DNA from: Pelomyxa schiedti
Taxonomy: Eukaryota; Protista; Evosea
DNA length: 38,179 bases
Assembly: GCA_020536535.1 (NCBI GenBank)
Contig: JAHLWZ010000958.1
Span: forward strand, 1-38,179
Reading direction: 5' to 3'
Shown: positions 1-11,621 of the stretch, piece by piece
Position numbering within the stretch: the stretch's first letter is position 1
How the letters are laid out: each line of letters opens with the position of its first letter
Position numbers and translations under genes: made by a program
The notes under the pieces: model-generated
Told to the model about the DNA's origin: nothing
What the model saw: the letters and a program-made list of their open reading frames with translations, nothing else
Database searches by the model: none

Positions 1-574
1 CTATAGTTCTATCAGCAGTCGCAGTGACATCACCACACACACTGTTTAGAACTATCCTAAAGGATTAGAAGTTATAGAAATAATAGAGAACACTTTTGTT
101 CGCTTGCCGACTTTCGTTTCGTACATCCACAAGGGTTCGTCTTACAAGTGCATCGTTACACATTCTCATCTCCACTAACTGGCGTCGCCCCTGAGAGGCG
201 GCCTAAACACACGTATCAATTCCGTGAAAGTAACACCACCGGTTATCTACCTCCAATTCGCCGAAATCAAAGAAGCTATCGGAAATCATTGTTCGATTTC
301 CCCCACAAGTACGGTTTCGGCGGAATCATCGTCCAAAACACGGGAGCAGAAAGAGTGATTGTTACAGAGGTTCTGGGAGCCCTTAGTGGCCACTGCGGAC
401 CGAGAACTGGAAACATACATGCATCAAATTAAGAAGAATAAGGAGGACAAATACAACGTGGACGCGCAACTACATACATCATTTAGGAGGACGAAGTTTC
501 CAGTTCTGGCGAGACCGGCCCTCGGGCGAGCAAGTCGCAAAGAGGACGAGTTCCCCCACAATTGGAACGTGGGG

Positions 575-790
575 TAATACAGCCAAGGGTCGCAAGGGAT
601 CAAACTCCCGGAACATTTTTTGCATTTTTTTATTTGGTTTTTGTTGAACTGGGTCCTTTGTTGAAAATTGGAGAGGCCACTAAACGTAGAACTTGTTGTG
701 GCATCCATGTGATGGTGTAATATAGCCCAGGGTCGCAAGGGAGCAAACTCTGAGAACTTTTTTTTTGCATTGGTTTTTTTTGTTACTTCA
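575..790. repeat. Imperfect direct repeat of about 70 bp, copies at ~575-645 and ~718-790
   Basis: taatacagccaagggtcgcaagggatcaaactcccggaacattttttgca versus taatatagcccagggtcgcaagggagcaaactctgagaactttttttttgca. The copies are about 143 bp apart and each is followed by T-rich sequence. Confidence 0.8.
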
Positions 791-806
791 AAACATATTG
801 ACTGGC

Positions 807-1235
807 CTACCACGAAATAGAACTACAAGGGGCCACTGAGAACAACAAGACTGCTGTCCCCTCTGGGATACAACTTTCCGCATTTGGAGCATTTGGGAGC
901 ACAGCAGCTTGGGGTGGTGCATCATCACATATTGGGGATAGTGGTGGAATAATAATAATAACAGCCATCCTTCTGATAGATAATACAGGCGGGGGAAAAC
1001 GATATCTTGCTGAGAAAGTTGGGGGGAAAAAAAAAACGAACAACGTGGTGTGTTTTTAGCTGTACCAGGTTGGTGTATTAGTGGCGGTTCGGCCCTGAAA
1101 CGACACCAACACCCTGAGGCACGGTAATGTGTTCCATCATGTTATGTTACCTGTGGAGATGAACTGAAGTTCAATATCTGCAGACCAGGGCCACAGCTTC
1201 CAGATTCCTCAACTTGGTTTTTCCTGTTGGCTAAT
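807..1235 (-). CDS. Possible short spliced hypothetical protein, unrecognised
   Basis: Three putative exons join in phase through GT-AG introns: IELQFISTG / CWCRFRAEPPLIHQP / ARYRFPPPVLS...CSSISW (ORF 807..1043). No recognisable domain; start and stop are uncertain. Confidence 0.25.
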
Positions 1236-1269
1236 CATTTCTTCATCACAAAAAACTGCGAACCCCGTC

Positions 1270-2745
1270 ATGTCTCTGTGCATTGCCGGTTGTGGATTTT
1301 ATGGGTGTGCCCTTCCTCCCCTCTCCCATAATGTAGGCACTGCTGTTTACCAACGTCGCATGCAACTAGCAAGGCGGAGACTGGCGGCATGTGCAGCGTG
1401 TGCTACCGCCAATTGACTGGCGGATCGGCCGCCCCCAGCACCCCAGGGGCTAAAGGCGCCGCGGCGGTGTCCCGCGCGTCCGTGATTGTGGGAGGCACCA
1501 CGCTCGAGGTGTGCTACGGCGACATGACAAAAGAGACGTCGGACTGCATCGTCAACGCCGCGAATTCCACCCTCGATCACGCTTGTACGTTCGCCAGTCT
1601 GCCCTCCCATAATAACTAATATATTTATACTACGCTATGCTTTTTTTTCCCCTTTGTTACCCCATGAAATAGCTGGATTGGCTGGGGCTATTAGCAAGAC
1701 AGGTGGTCGTATTATTCAGGAGGAGAGCGACCTGTGGATTGCTACTCATGGGAGATTACAAGACGGCGAAGTTGCTATCACGCAGTACGTGGCATTCTGT
1801 CATTCCTATTCCTATTCCTATTCTTCGTCTTTTTTTTAAACAATATCATTTTGATTTTGATTTTGGTTTAGTGCAGGCACCCTTCCTTGCAAATGGGTTA
1901 TACATGCAGTTGGACCGATGTGGCATGGTGGAGCTGAAGGCGAGGAGATTGTGTGAATCCATCATTGAAGTTCTTTAGTGTAAAGAATTTATAAAAGATA
2001 CTGGGCATGGCGGTGCATAGCTCTCTTTCCACAGCCGATTCCAAGGGCCTGAATTCTATTTCTCTTCCTGCCATAAGTTCTGGTATTTCACTCAAAGAAA
2101 CTAAGCATATCTCAAAATTCTGCAGGCGTATTTGGGTTTCCAAAGGATAGGTGTGCGAATGTAATGGTTGATTCGGTTGTGGAATATTTGAACTCAAAAC
2201 CATCGACTACCTTGAGGAACATCAGGCATTTTTCTCCTTTCCCCATAAATCCTCCCTTATCGCGGTTAAGATTCACCAATTTTGATGAGCCAACTGTACA
2301 GTACTTCCTAAAATCTCTCCTCAGAGTGAAGCCAACTGCACCTGCAACTGCGACTCCGATTCCTACTCCCACTCCAATTCAGGCCACCCCCGCTCCCGCT
2401 CTCTCTATAACCACTGTTCCAACACCAACTCCCACTCCGACACCACCAATTACTCCCACAACACCAATTCCCACTCCAACTCCAACTTCCACCCCCACCC
2501 AAATAAATTCTCCAATCACACCAGAGCCTGCAATAACACCCACAACGGCACCTAGCACGGCCTCTGCAACCGTACCACAAAAAGATACCGCAGCAACCGT
2601 AATATCCCCTACCATCATCACTGCTGTTGAACCCACTCAAAGCACAACACCTACCTCTACTCCCGTCACCTCCGTTCAACCACCAACATTACCCCCACTT
2701 GAAGTACAGAATGCACCACCCTCGACCACTGAAAAATCTTCGTAA
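1270..2745 (+). CDS. A20-type zinc finger + macrodomain (MacroD/YmdB/PARP14-macro1-like) + Pro/Thr-rich tail
   Basis: ATG 1270 with intron 1305-1369 gives MSLCIAGCGFYGKAETGGMCSVCYR (A20 ZnF: CxxxCGFYGx6MCSxC). It is followed by spliced macro motifs GDMTKETSDCIVNAANSTLDHASGLAGAISK, AGTLPCKWVIHAVGP, SISLPAISSGVFGFPKDRCA, then a PT-repeat tail to the stop at 2745. Confidence 0.9.
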
Positions 2746-2845
2746 AGAAGAACATGTTGCAAGAGAAAATTGGGTTTAGTTCTTTTCTTTTTTTCAAAGT
2801 GTCCAAACACAACAGGGCTTTAGGAACAAAAATACTTAAGGTCTC

Positions 2846-3548
2846 TTATGATACGAGTGTTGAGGCGGTGGCAGAGTCGCTGTAGGCGGTCGTTAGTCAG
2901 GAACCACAACACAACCGTTTTCAAAAACGGAAAGTGTGTGGGGTTAAGGGCACAAAGAAATAAAACAAAAAGGAAGCAAGGACATACTATCTCCAGGTTG
3001 GAGGAAGCTGGCGGGTTCGCTTGTAGAAACGGGCAATACGATAGATTCTGCTCTCAATAAGAATCAGCCTGTATTTGGTGTCCTTGTCTCGGTGGTTCCT
3101 CTCGAGATGCTTGCGCATGGAGACTGCCTTCTTGATGAGGCAGTAAAGATCCTCAGGGATTGTTGGTGCGAGACCTGGTGTGTGAATTGCAGGTTAGAAG
3201 CTATTGGTGTGCACTACACTTTTAACTACGTACAAAGAGGGAGGGCATGTACCGTTAATTTTGAGGATGCGGAGAATCTTGCCACCGGTGACCATTCTGA
3301 CTTGGCCAATTCCGTGGGAATCCCTCAAGATGGTGCCGATTTGGGATGGGGTGAGACCCTTGCGAGCAAGTTTGCAAATAAGTTCGCAAACTTCGGTGGA
3401 TGTGGTTTTCAACCATGATGGAGGAGTGCGTCGGTAAGGCAGTGCTGACCCCGCAATACCCTTTCTGCATTTCGTGTTCGGTTAGAAAAATACTCCAACC
3501 CAAAGTAGAAAAAAAAAAACCAGCAGCAGCACAACGCCAACAAACAAC

Positions 3549-3590
<42 letters not shown>

Positions 3591-3694
3591 AAAAAAAAAA
3601 AAAGCGACGCCGAAAAACGAACGCGAAAAGCGTCTGGTCACGTAAAAAAACGAAAACGGAACGCGGCGCACCCTGGACTGTGCATTCGACCCAT
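2846..3694 (-). CDS. RPS13: 40S ribosomal protein S13 (uS15)
   Basis: Spliced [29 protein letters not shown]...[20 protein letters not shown]...[39 protein letters not shown]...[10 protein letters not shown]. Confidence 0.98.
3551..3603. repeat. (AAC)n microsatellite plus poly-A in RPS13 intron 1
   Basis: A run of aac units followed by an A tract, directly visible. Confidence 0.95.
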
Positions 3695-3941
3695 TGTTGA
3701 TGAATGAACGGTGTTAGGCGGTCGAACCGAGGTGTCGCCTTGCTGTTGTGACGCGGTCTTTGTTGCAAAAAAAAAGAGATTTATTTTTTTATCGGCATCT
3801 GCCCATTTTTTTCCTTGATGCAGTTGCTTGACACGCTGGTTAAATGAGCGCGAGATTTCGGAGAAAGGGCTATAACTCTATTCTAATTTCTTTTCTAACG
3901 GGAGATTATCGAAAGTGTGTGGTGTTGGGTGTTTCCTTTCT

Positions 3942-4673
3942 TCAGGATTTGTGGGAGTGTGCAGCGTTTTTACGTGGTTTTGTTGGTTGCCTTTTGCCCT
4001 TTCCTTTTCCTTTGCCATGTGTTGTTGCCGTGTGTAATTGAGTGGTGGAGGCAGGAGAGGTTCCATTATGAAGATTCCCTGAGAACAGTTTAGTGGGGGT
4101 AATTTTTTTTTTTTTTTTTGATGTATTGGGTGGCAGCTTACTGTTGTGTCGGTTTGCTTCTAATTGAATAGTTCGAGAGGCAGGGCTTGTGCAACTAGAC
4201 AGAGAAAATAGCCTGTCATATTCTGAAACTACTTTTGCTTTCTTAGCTGGTGGTACCTTCATAAGGTAACCACCCCAGCCCCTGTTTTTTGGTTTCAAGG
4301 TGAAAAACAACAGAACATATGAGAGTACAAGTGCGTAGGAATTGCCCTATAGCTAATTCTTTTTGTTAGAGTTTAGACTCGAACTTGACAATGTTCCCCA
4401 CGTGCTGCGTCTCCTCAAGATAGTTTCCCTCCAACGCATATATTTGCTTCTCGAGCGCAACCAACTTGGCGTCGAGCTCTTCCTTCTTTCTCAGCAACTC
4501 GGCCAATTCCCCTGCACATGAAAAAAAAAATGATAATTAATTAACAACGGGTGCTTGGGGTTGTCGTCGAGAACGGACACCAGTAGATCGAAAACACATA
4601 ACATATCGCTGATATTAACGAACAGTATGCCACCGCTACAACGTCACGAACCCCCTGGTTTGCTATGCGCCAT
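3942..4673 (-). CDS. EAF6: NuA4 histone acetyltransferase subunit Eaf6/MEAF6
   Basis: ELAELLRKKEELDAKLVALEKQIYALEGNYLEETQHVGNIVK / GWGGYL...DRLFSLSSCTS matches the Eaf6 pattern (ERQIYAFEGSYLEDT..GNIIRGW..YL..RLFSxSS). The start exon (MAHSKPGG, ATG 4673) is tentative. Confidence 0.9.
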
Positions 4674-4748
4674 CAGATCCGCGGCACCAGGTTGGTGCTG
4701 TGTATTTTGCTGCTTTTGATTAAGGTTTTTGATAGCAGATCTGGGCAG

Positions 4749-5715
4749 ATGGAGCCGAGGCAGTTCGTAGCGGTTGTGCGACACGGTGACAGGGCAGATA
4801 TGAACGATCCCTCCTGGGAAACTACCGCAGAAAAGCCCCGCGACACGCCCCTTACATTGTAAGTTGTGCTAATTACCCGACACTTAATTGCTAATGCGGA
4901 TGCTATTTTAGAAAGGGCCACAAGATGGCCGAGAAAACAGCTGCATTGCTGAAAACCTTGCACGTTTCATGTGGAGGAGGCCCTGTGCGCGTTCTTTCTT
5001 CCCCGTTTCAGCGATGCCTGCAGACTTCAGCTCCGATTTCAAGAGCTCTTGGTGTGGACCCTCCTCCATTTTCTTTAGAAATCGATAATTAAAGTCTGCC
5101 TGTCTAACTATCTCACCCCTCCAATTTTGTGATAGTACGATATTTCTTATAATGGTTTACTATTTTTCTGGGGGAACCCATCCCGTAGGTGTGCCAGTTG
5201 AAGTTGAACCAGGGCTTGGTGAGGCCATTCTACCGGCATTCTTTTCATCACCCCCGGCCACTGAGGACTTGTGGTTCAACTCCGTCACAATTGAAGAACT
5301 TGCTGCCATGTTGGGGAGACCCCATGACTCACTTCCTGCTGATCCCGTGCAACTCTGCATGTCTCACCCGCTTGTTGAGCGTTTGCCTTGTGGCTTTGAG
5401 ACTGTTGGCAGTCTCTTCGCTCGGTACCAACAAGTTGGTACCGCCGTGGAAAGCACACCAGGGACATCCTACGTATTAGTGACACACGGGTAACCTCCCC
5501 ATTATCATTACATAGCATATCTCACCTCCCAATCCCTCCTGCCGGCCTGCAGATATGGCGTTCAAGTCCTCACCGAGTTCTTTTCTAGAATGGAGGCCGA
5601 GGAAGTACTGGTGACAAACACACCTCTTTGTTGTGTATCCAGCTTCGTGCGGGCCAATTCCAAATCACACTGGACCAACCACCTCTTTTGCAGTGACAAG
5701 CACATCTCTGATTAA
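4749..5715 (+). CDS. Histidine phosphatase (phosphoglycerate mutase-like) family protein
   Basis: VVRHGDRAD (RHG motif), DTPLT, SSPFQRCLQT, VEPGLGE, LVTHG. The spliced model ends ...DKHISD* at 5715. Confidence 0.92.
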
Positions 5716-5958
5716 CAAGCCCCGAGGCCAAGAGACCCTTGCCTGAAACTGTGACTTCATTCCAATTACCCCCCAAAAAAAAAAAAACATTCACACTGAG
5801 TATATGCCTTGAGGCATCATGCTCATTTGCATCTCACTTTACCCCTATCTTTCTGTTCCTTCCTCAATCTGAACAAGATTCCATTCCAGGTCCCAATCTG
5901 TAGTCTCGATCGAAATCACTTCGTGTCACACAAAACAAACAGAACAATAAAAGAAAAA

Positions 5959-8557
5959 ATGAGTAAGAAGCAGAGGCTAAGCGACGGTGGTGCGGTGACG
6001 ACGACGACGACAACGACAGATGCAGCGTCTACAACGAGGACGGATGCACAGTTGGACGACCATGTGCATCTCACACCGGTGGTTTCAAACACCCAAGATG
6101 CTGTTGTAACGTGCGCCGCTACAGCGGCAAGCAGCGGCGTATCGAGTTCTGCAACTGCGTGTGAAAGCGCTGCCGCAATGCACGACGGCGGCTGCAGCAG
6201 CACTACCTCGTGTGGCAGCCACGGGGAGGGGACGCACGGCACCGCGGCGGCGGCGGCTTCTTCTGCGTCGACGGCGTTGTGCAGGACTATAACTCTGAAT
6301 CAGGATGAGACTAGGGTGTTTTCTATGCTGCTGGATGTGAGTGACTGACTACCCTCTGAATTCCTTTATTTTGCCACCTTCATACATATTTAATGTATTT
6401 CCTTTTTTTTTTTTTTCTTGTATTTTATTTGCTCTTAAAGCAGTCCAATATAATTTGTGAATGTTGCACAACCAAAAAAAACACCATTGACCAGTTCACA
6501 GGTTGTGAGAACTGCAGGGCTTGGAACAACCTTGAGAGCTGCTGGTGGATGGGTTAGAGATAAAGTCCGTATTCTTCTTTCCACCTTCAATTCTAATCAT
6601 TTCCTCCCCCAGATTCTCGGGCGCCAGACACAAGACATTGATATTGCATTGGACAATATAACAGGTATGTATTACTTGAAGTACCAGAAAAATGGTGAAA
6701 CATCGAAGGGGCCGAGTTTGCTGAGAGTCTTGTGAAATATGTAACAGACCATGGGCTCCGTAAGGATGTCTCTCAAATTGGCGTGGTACATGCCAACCCT
6801 GATCAATCCAAACATTTGGAGACAGCCACAATGATGCTGTTTGGTAAGCCAGAAATCCTTTGGCCGTCATGTTGATCCATTTCAAGGGATATCCCTGGAT
6901 TTTGTCAATCTGAGATCAGAAGTCTATGCCAGTGATAGCCGCATTCCCATTGGAATGGTTAGAGGACTTCTTCTATTTCTTTACTTATTAATCACACAGA
7001 AACTTGGGACTCCAACAGAAGATGCTTTGAGACGGGACTTGACAATTAATAGCATGTTCTACAACGTCAACACCTCAACACTTGAAGACTTGACTGGCCA
7101 GGTACTGATCTCAAGCAGTCTATCATACTTCACTATTCCCTCTCCCAAAGGGGCTGGCAGATCTGGAAAAAGGGATAATTAGAACTCCCTTACCACCTCA
7201 CGTAACGTTCCTTGACGATCCATTGCGTGTTTTACGTAGTATTCGCTTTGCATCTCGATATGGCTTCAAGTATGCAAACAAAAAAAAAAAAGTCAAAGTT
7301 GGCGAGTAAGTGCACCATCAGGATTGATGAGGAGTTAATGGCAGCCGCGCAAGAACGGGATGTGCAGGTATGTTCTCTTAAATGTACGCATGTAAACTGA
7401 AACCTGGTTAAAAGAGAGCTCTACAAACGAAAATAAGCAGGGAGAGAATTGGGAAGGAAATTGGTTTAATTCTTGTTGGTGGTCCTCCTTTAATATTTTC
7501 TCTTGTAAGTAATTGGCTTTACTAGGTCCTAACATGAGTTTTGGGATGCGAAAATTCTACGAACTTGGCTTGTACGACACTATTCTTGACTTACCAAGAG
7601 CCGCCAGTCAGTTTTGCACTTATTTTCTCTCATTTTCCTAAGCACGGAATAGCCATTGAAGATAAGCAATATCGATTACATGGATTGACGTGCTTAGTTC
7701 AATTTGACAGGTTTTTTTCCTTGTTTTGTTTCCTTGTTCAAACTTAAGGTCAGATATATGAAATTTTTGAAACGCCGCGATGGTGAACCAACTGGTAGAT
7801 GGGAAGCACTTGCATGCCTTCTTTTGCCTCTGCACAGCTCTACCTTCATGGAAAAAGGCCGCCCAAAGCCGACGTCCTTTCATGTTGTGCTATCATCTTT
7901 GAAGGTAAACATACTTTTTGCTCATTTACATTCACCTTCCATGTAGTTTTCAAACAGGGACGATTCTGAAGTTAGACGAATTCTTGACACTGCGCCTCTG
8001 TTCTCCAGGCTGATCCACTCTCACCCCGACCTGGCAATTCCGCGATGTGACACAGGTATCGCCCATTATCTTCCTGAATACTTTACAATTGTATCAGGTC
8101 TTATTATGCGCAAAGTTGGTACTCTCTGGAAGTATTCACTTATAGTGGCTCTTGCAGCAGATTTATCAGCTGGTAAAACCTTGGTGGACTCTTCCGATGC
8201 ACCCTGTAATACCAGCATCAAGGAAACTTAAGCGAGACTAACAGTGGCACACAGATACCCCAGAGGAACAGGAACTGATCAACAGATACAACGCGGTTGT
8301 GGACATCATAGAGAATAAATTGCACCTCGTCGGCGTTTGGGACTTGAAGCCGCTGGTTGATGTACGTAACATCTAAGGATCACCCTTTTCTGTTTCTCAC
8401 TGCAAAACAAAAGGGTTCCGAAGCTGCTGAACTTCTGCACAAAAACCGAGGTCCATGGCTAAACCAGTTCCTGCAGAACGAAATTATGTGGCAACTTGAC
8501 AATCCCACAGCCACTGTAGAGGATGCAAGGCTATGGACATTGCAGCAACATGTGTAG
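5959..8557 (+). CDS. CCA1: CCA-adding tRNA nucleotidyltransferase (class II)
   Basis: LRAAGGWVRDK, DIDIALD, NPDQSKHLETA, DFVNLRSEVY..SRIP, EDALRRDLTINSMFYN, FLDDPLRVLRSIRFASR across many short introns. Confidence 0.96.
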
Positions 8558-8651
8558 TAACACCAAACACAACAACAAGCCAACAAAGTAAAATGAAAAA
8601 AGTTTTGGTTTTAAACTAGACAGTATTATGCATTTTACTTTACACAGCAAA

Positions 8652-10952
8652 CTAGTTTCTTTTGTGGGTGGGGAGAGGGTGCTGTTGTTGTCTGTTTGGT
8701 ATTGCGTTTGGGTTTTGTTTGTGCTGTGGAAGCTTGGTGCTTGTTGAAGGTTGGGTGGTGTGTGAGGGTTTGTTGTTGTTAGGGATAGCAAAGTTGACTT
8801 TCCGGGTGGGCTGTGTGGTGTTTGCCGGTTGATGTGGTGGTTGTGACTGGAGTTGCGGTGCCGATTCTTGTTGTGCCTGCCTAGGCGGCGGGTGTCTGGC
8901 TTGATGTTGATGTTGCTGGGGTTGTGGGTGTTGCTGGTGCTGAGGCTGAAATTGGTGCTGTTGTGCTGAGGGTTTTGTTGGGTAGTAATCTTCTTCCCTG
9001 GATGAAAAACCATTTCTGGCGGAAAGAAGCTCTTCCACGGATTGCAGATGAATTTGTGTAACTCTCAAGTTCTCAGAGAGCTTGTTAATCTGGATTTGAT
9101 GACTTCCACGCTCCAATTCTAATTCCGCCTTGAGGTCTTCGTACTGTGAGCGAGTAAGAAACTCCGGTATAAAGTCGGAAGTTAACCTGTTTCCTCCACT
9201 GATTGGCTGATGCGTCGAGCTTATCCGCCTGACCTTGTAATGCGGTATTATGATTGGCAACATACTTCAGATGATCTACGGTATGCTGAAGACCCACCAA
9301 CTGTTGGTCTTTTACAAGTAGAGCGTGTTTGAGGGCCGCGGTAGTTTCTTGCTCCCGCAAGAGATCTTGCATCAGTGATTCTTCAGTCTAGTAGTTTTCA
9401 ACTCAAATATTTCCGCTCGAGGGTCTACCTTGGTCCGTTCGTCACTTAATCTTCTCATGTCCTCCCTGCGTCTAACAGACTCCCTGCGTATTTCCTCCTG
9501 GTGCTTATGTATCTACTTGGAAGGTGGGAACTCAGGTTTATTACGATAAAAGCAGTTACCACTTGCTCTTTAACTGCTATGAGTTCCTTCAAGTCAGCTA
9601 CTTTTTTGTGAAGTCTGGCATTCTCATCCTGTAGTAGGGCTGCTTCACTTGGAGTGAGGCTAGTAAGTTTCGGTGTATGCATTTTTGTAGAGCCAATGGC
9701 AGGTTGGTACCCAATGCCAGGATCTTTGAGAAAAGCTTCATCCCAGGAACGAGGTTGAGGCGATTGGGGATGAGACTTCACCAAAGGAGACGGAGTGTAG
9801 GTGCTAACAGTGTGACTTGGCTGTGTTGAACAGGACAAAGAACTCTACGAATAGGTAAACCTAATTGAAGACGAGACTAGGCTCAAGGTAAACCTTGGGA
9901 GGCTTCTTATGCACCGGAGTACTTTGTGATGCCGCATTTCTGGCTACATAAGCGTCAACCTTATGTATACTTGCTGAACTCATTGGATTTTGTACCAAGT
10001 CCACCTTGCTTTGGTATTATTAAACGTTCCATTATTTTGAGTACAGACCATCTCCAGGGTATTGTTATGTTCAAGGGCTTGAATCAGGTGAGACGCACCG
10101 GCGTCGGTAATCTTTGCGGATCTGAGTATCAATGTTTTCAGTGCGCAACGGGAATCGCCCAGAGCTTTGGAGAGTGCCTCTGCTCCCTACTCCTTTGCAT
10201 CAATAGGCGGGAAGGAATTCAACAATCATTACAGTATCTCCAAGAGGATTTCCGCTTAAATCAAGAGATGTCAATGATTGTGCATTTTCACTGAGGAGCA
10301 TATCTGCAATAGCCTTTCCTTGTAGGAAAAGTAACACAATCAAACAAATTAAAAAAAGGAAAAAAAAAAAAACAAACAAAAACCAAAGACCAAAAGGAAA
10401 TTAAGTTAGGGATAGAATAGAGCAACGAGATACAAACAGATGCAGAATTAGCATCGAGCATGTTAAAAGCCAAGTTTAGTGCTTGTACTCCCCCGCATCC
10501 ACTACGTCGTGATAACGCCGCAGCAAAAGGCAAGAAATACTGTGCATCCTGACGCCGAAGATTTTAGTCCACTCAACCAACCATTACTTAATTAAAGGCA
10601 CGAAAAACGCGGTACATCAGCGAGGGAGTACCTCGCGTATTGTTATTATTATTATTATTATTATAACGCACAACTTTAGAGCTACGCACGAACTAACGCA
10701 TATGGCGCACCAAAGAACAATAAGATAGATCTACGAGGGCGACGCGGCCACCACCGGCCAATCCAGCCGCGTGCCTGTCAAGTGAAAGCATCACTCCCCT
10801 GCATGGCTCGCACGAAAACTCCGCGCACTCGGCCTCGTACCCGGAACGAAGTGCTCCCACAAGTGCCTGCATCGCACGATTGCTGCCCGAATCTGTGGTT
10901 CAGAGAATCCCGCTGTTGCGAACTCTGCCTCTTCGTGTCCAGTTCCTTGCAT
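8652..10952 (-). CDS. RNI-like leucine-rich-repeat protein with coiled-coil and Q/P-rich C-terminus
   Basis: Spliced LRRs VQALNLAFNMLD, LTSLDLSGNPLGD, LKTLILRSAKITDAGA..LIQALEHNNTL, then heptad-rich ORFs (9455..9838, 9085..9372, 8652..9263). The start exon (ATG 10952) is tentative. Confidence 0.75.
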
Positions 10953-11621
10953 ATCTTTGAAGGTCTGTAGCTACACGTTCCCAACTCGTCAAAGAACAAT
11001 GAGGGGACGGAGTAGCTACTGCCTACTAGTTACCGTGGGACCGAAAACGGGAACAGACAGAGATATTTTTTCCCAGGTGGCTAGACCCATTCCACTACCT
11101 CAGCAAAGCAGGAATTCCCCCACCTTGTCAGAGAGCAAGTTCCAAGAATCATCGGGAAACTTAGTTAGGGACAGAGCCGGCCATTCACAGGAACGGCCGG
11201 AGCGTTCATTCTAATGGCCTTTCCTTGAATCACCCGCCGTTGTACCACAGAAAGATTGTAAATAGGAATAATAACAAAAATAATTCTTCTTGATAGACAC
11301 TATCACACACACAACTCAAATGGGAACGAGAGTCCTATCAACCTACACAGTCACTTATGGCTGTGACTGGGGAGAGTGATGTGGTGTGATGAAGACCAAG
11401 TTGTTATATAAAACATCTAACATACATGAGGACAACAACACTATTCAGCCCACAACGTCCCTCTCCCAGACCACCACTCTTACATCAGAAAATTGTGAGG
11501 TATGGGACAATGTTTCCACTGAGGCCTGTGTTTCTACAAAAATGTATTTAAGAAAGAAGAAAAAAACGAACAACACTAAGATTTTAAGGGAACAAAAAAT
11601 CCTGATTTGGTTTAAGTTTCT

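Noticed and set aside
2308-2679. Antisense Gly/Val/Cys-rich ORFs opposite the PT repeats; likewise 20627-21114 and 31919-32335
   Set aside because: These are reverse-frame artefacts of low-complexity coding repeats.
2886-2990. Hairpin (ccgttttcaaaaacgg) in the last RPS13 intron as a hosted snoRNA
   Set aside because: No C/D or H/ACA boxes are recognisable, and short A/T hairpins arise easily by chance.
4665-4748. Signal-peptide-like upstream extension of the histidine phosphatase (ATG 4665)
   Set aside because: It overlaps the probable EAF6 start on the other strand, so ATG 4749 is more parsimonious. It cannot be excluded without TSS data.
11385-11522. Possible box C/D snoRNA (gtgatga ... 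ctga)
   Set aside because: No convincing terminal stem, and no rRNA-complementary guide could be identified by eye.
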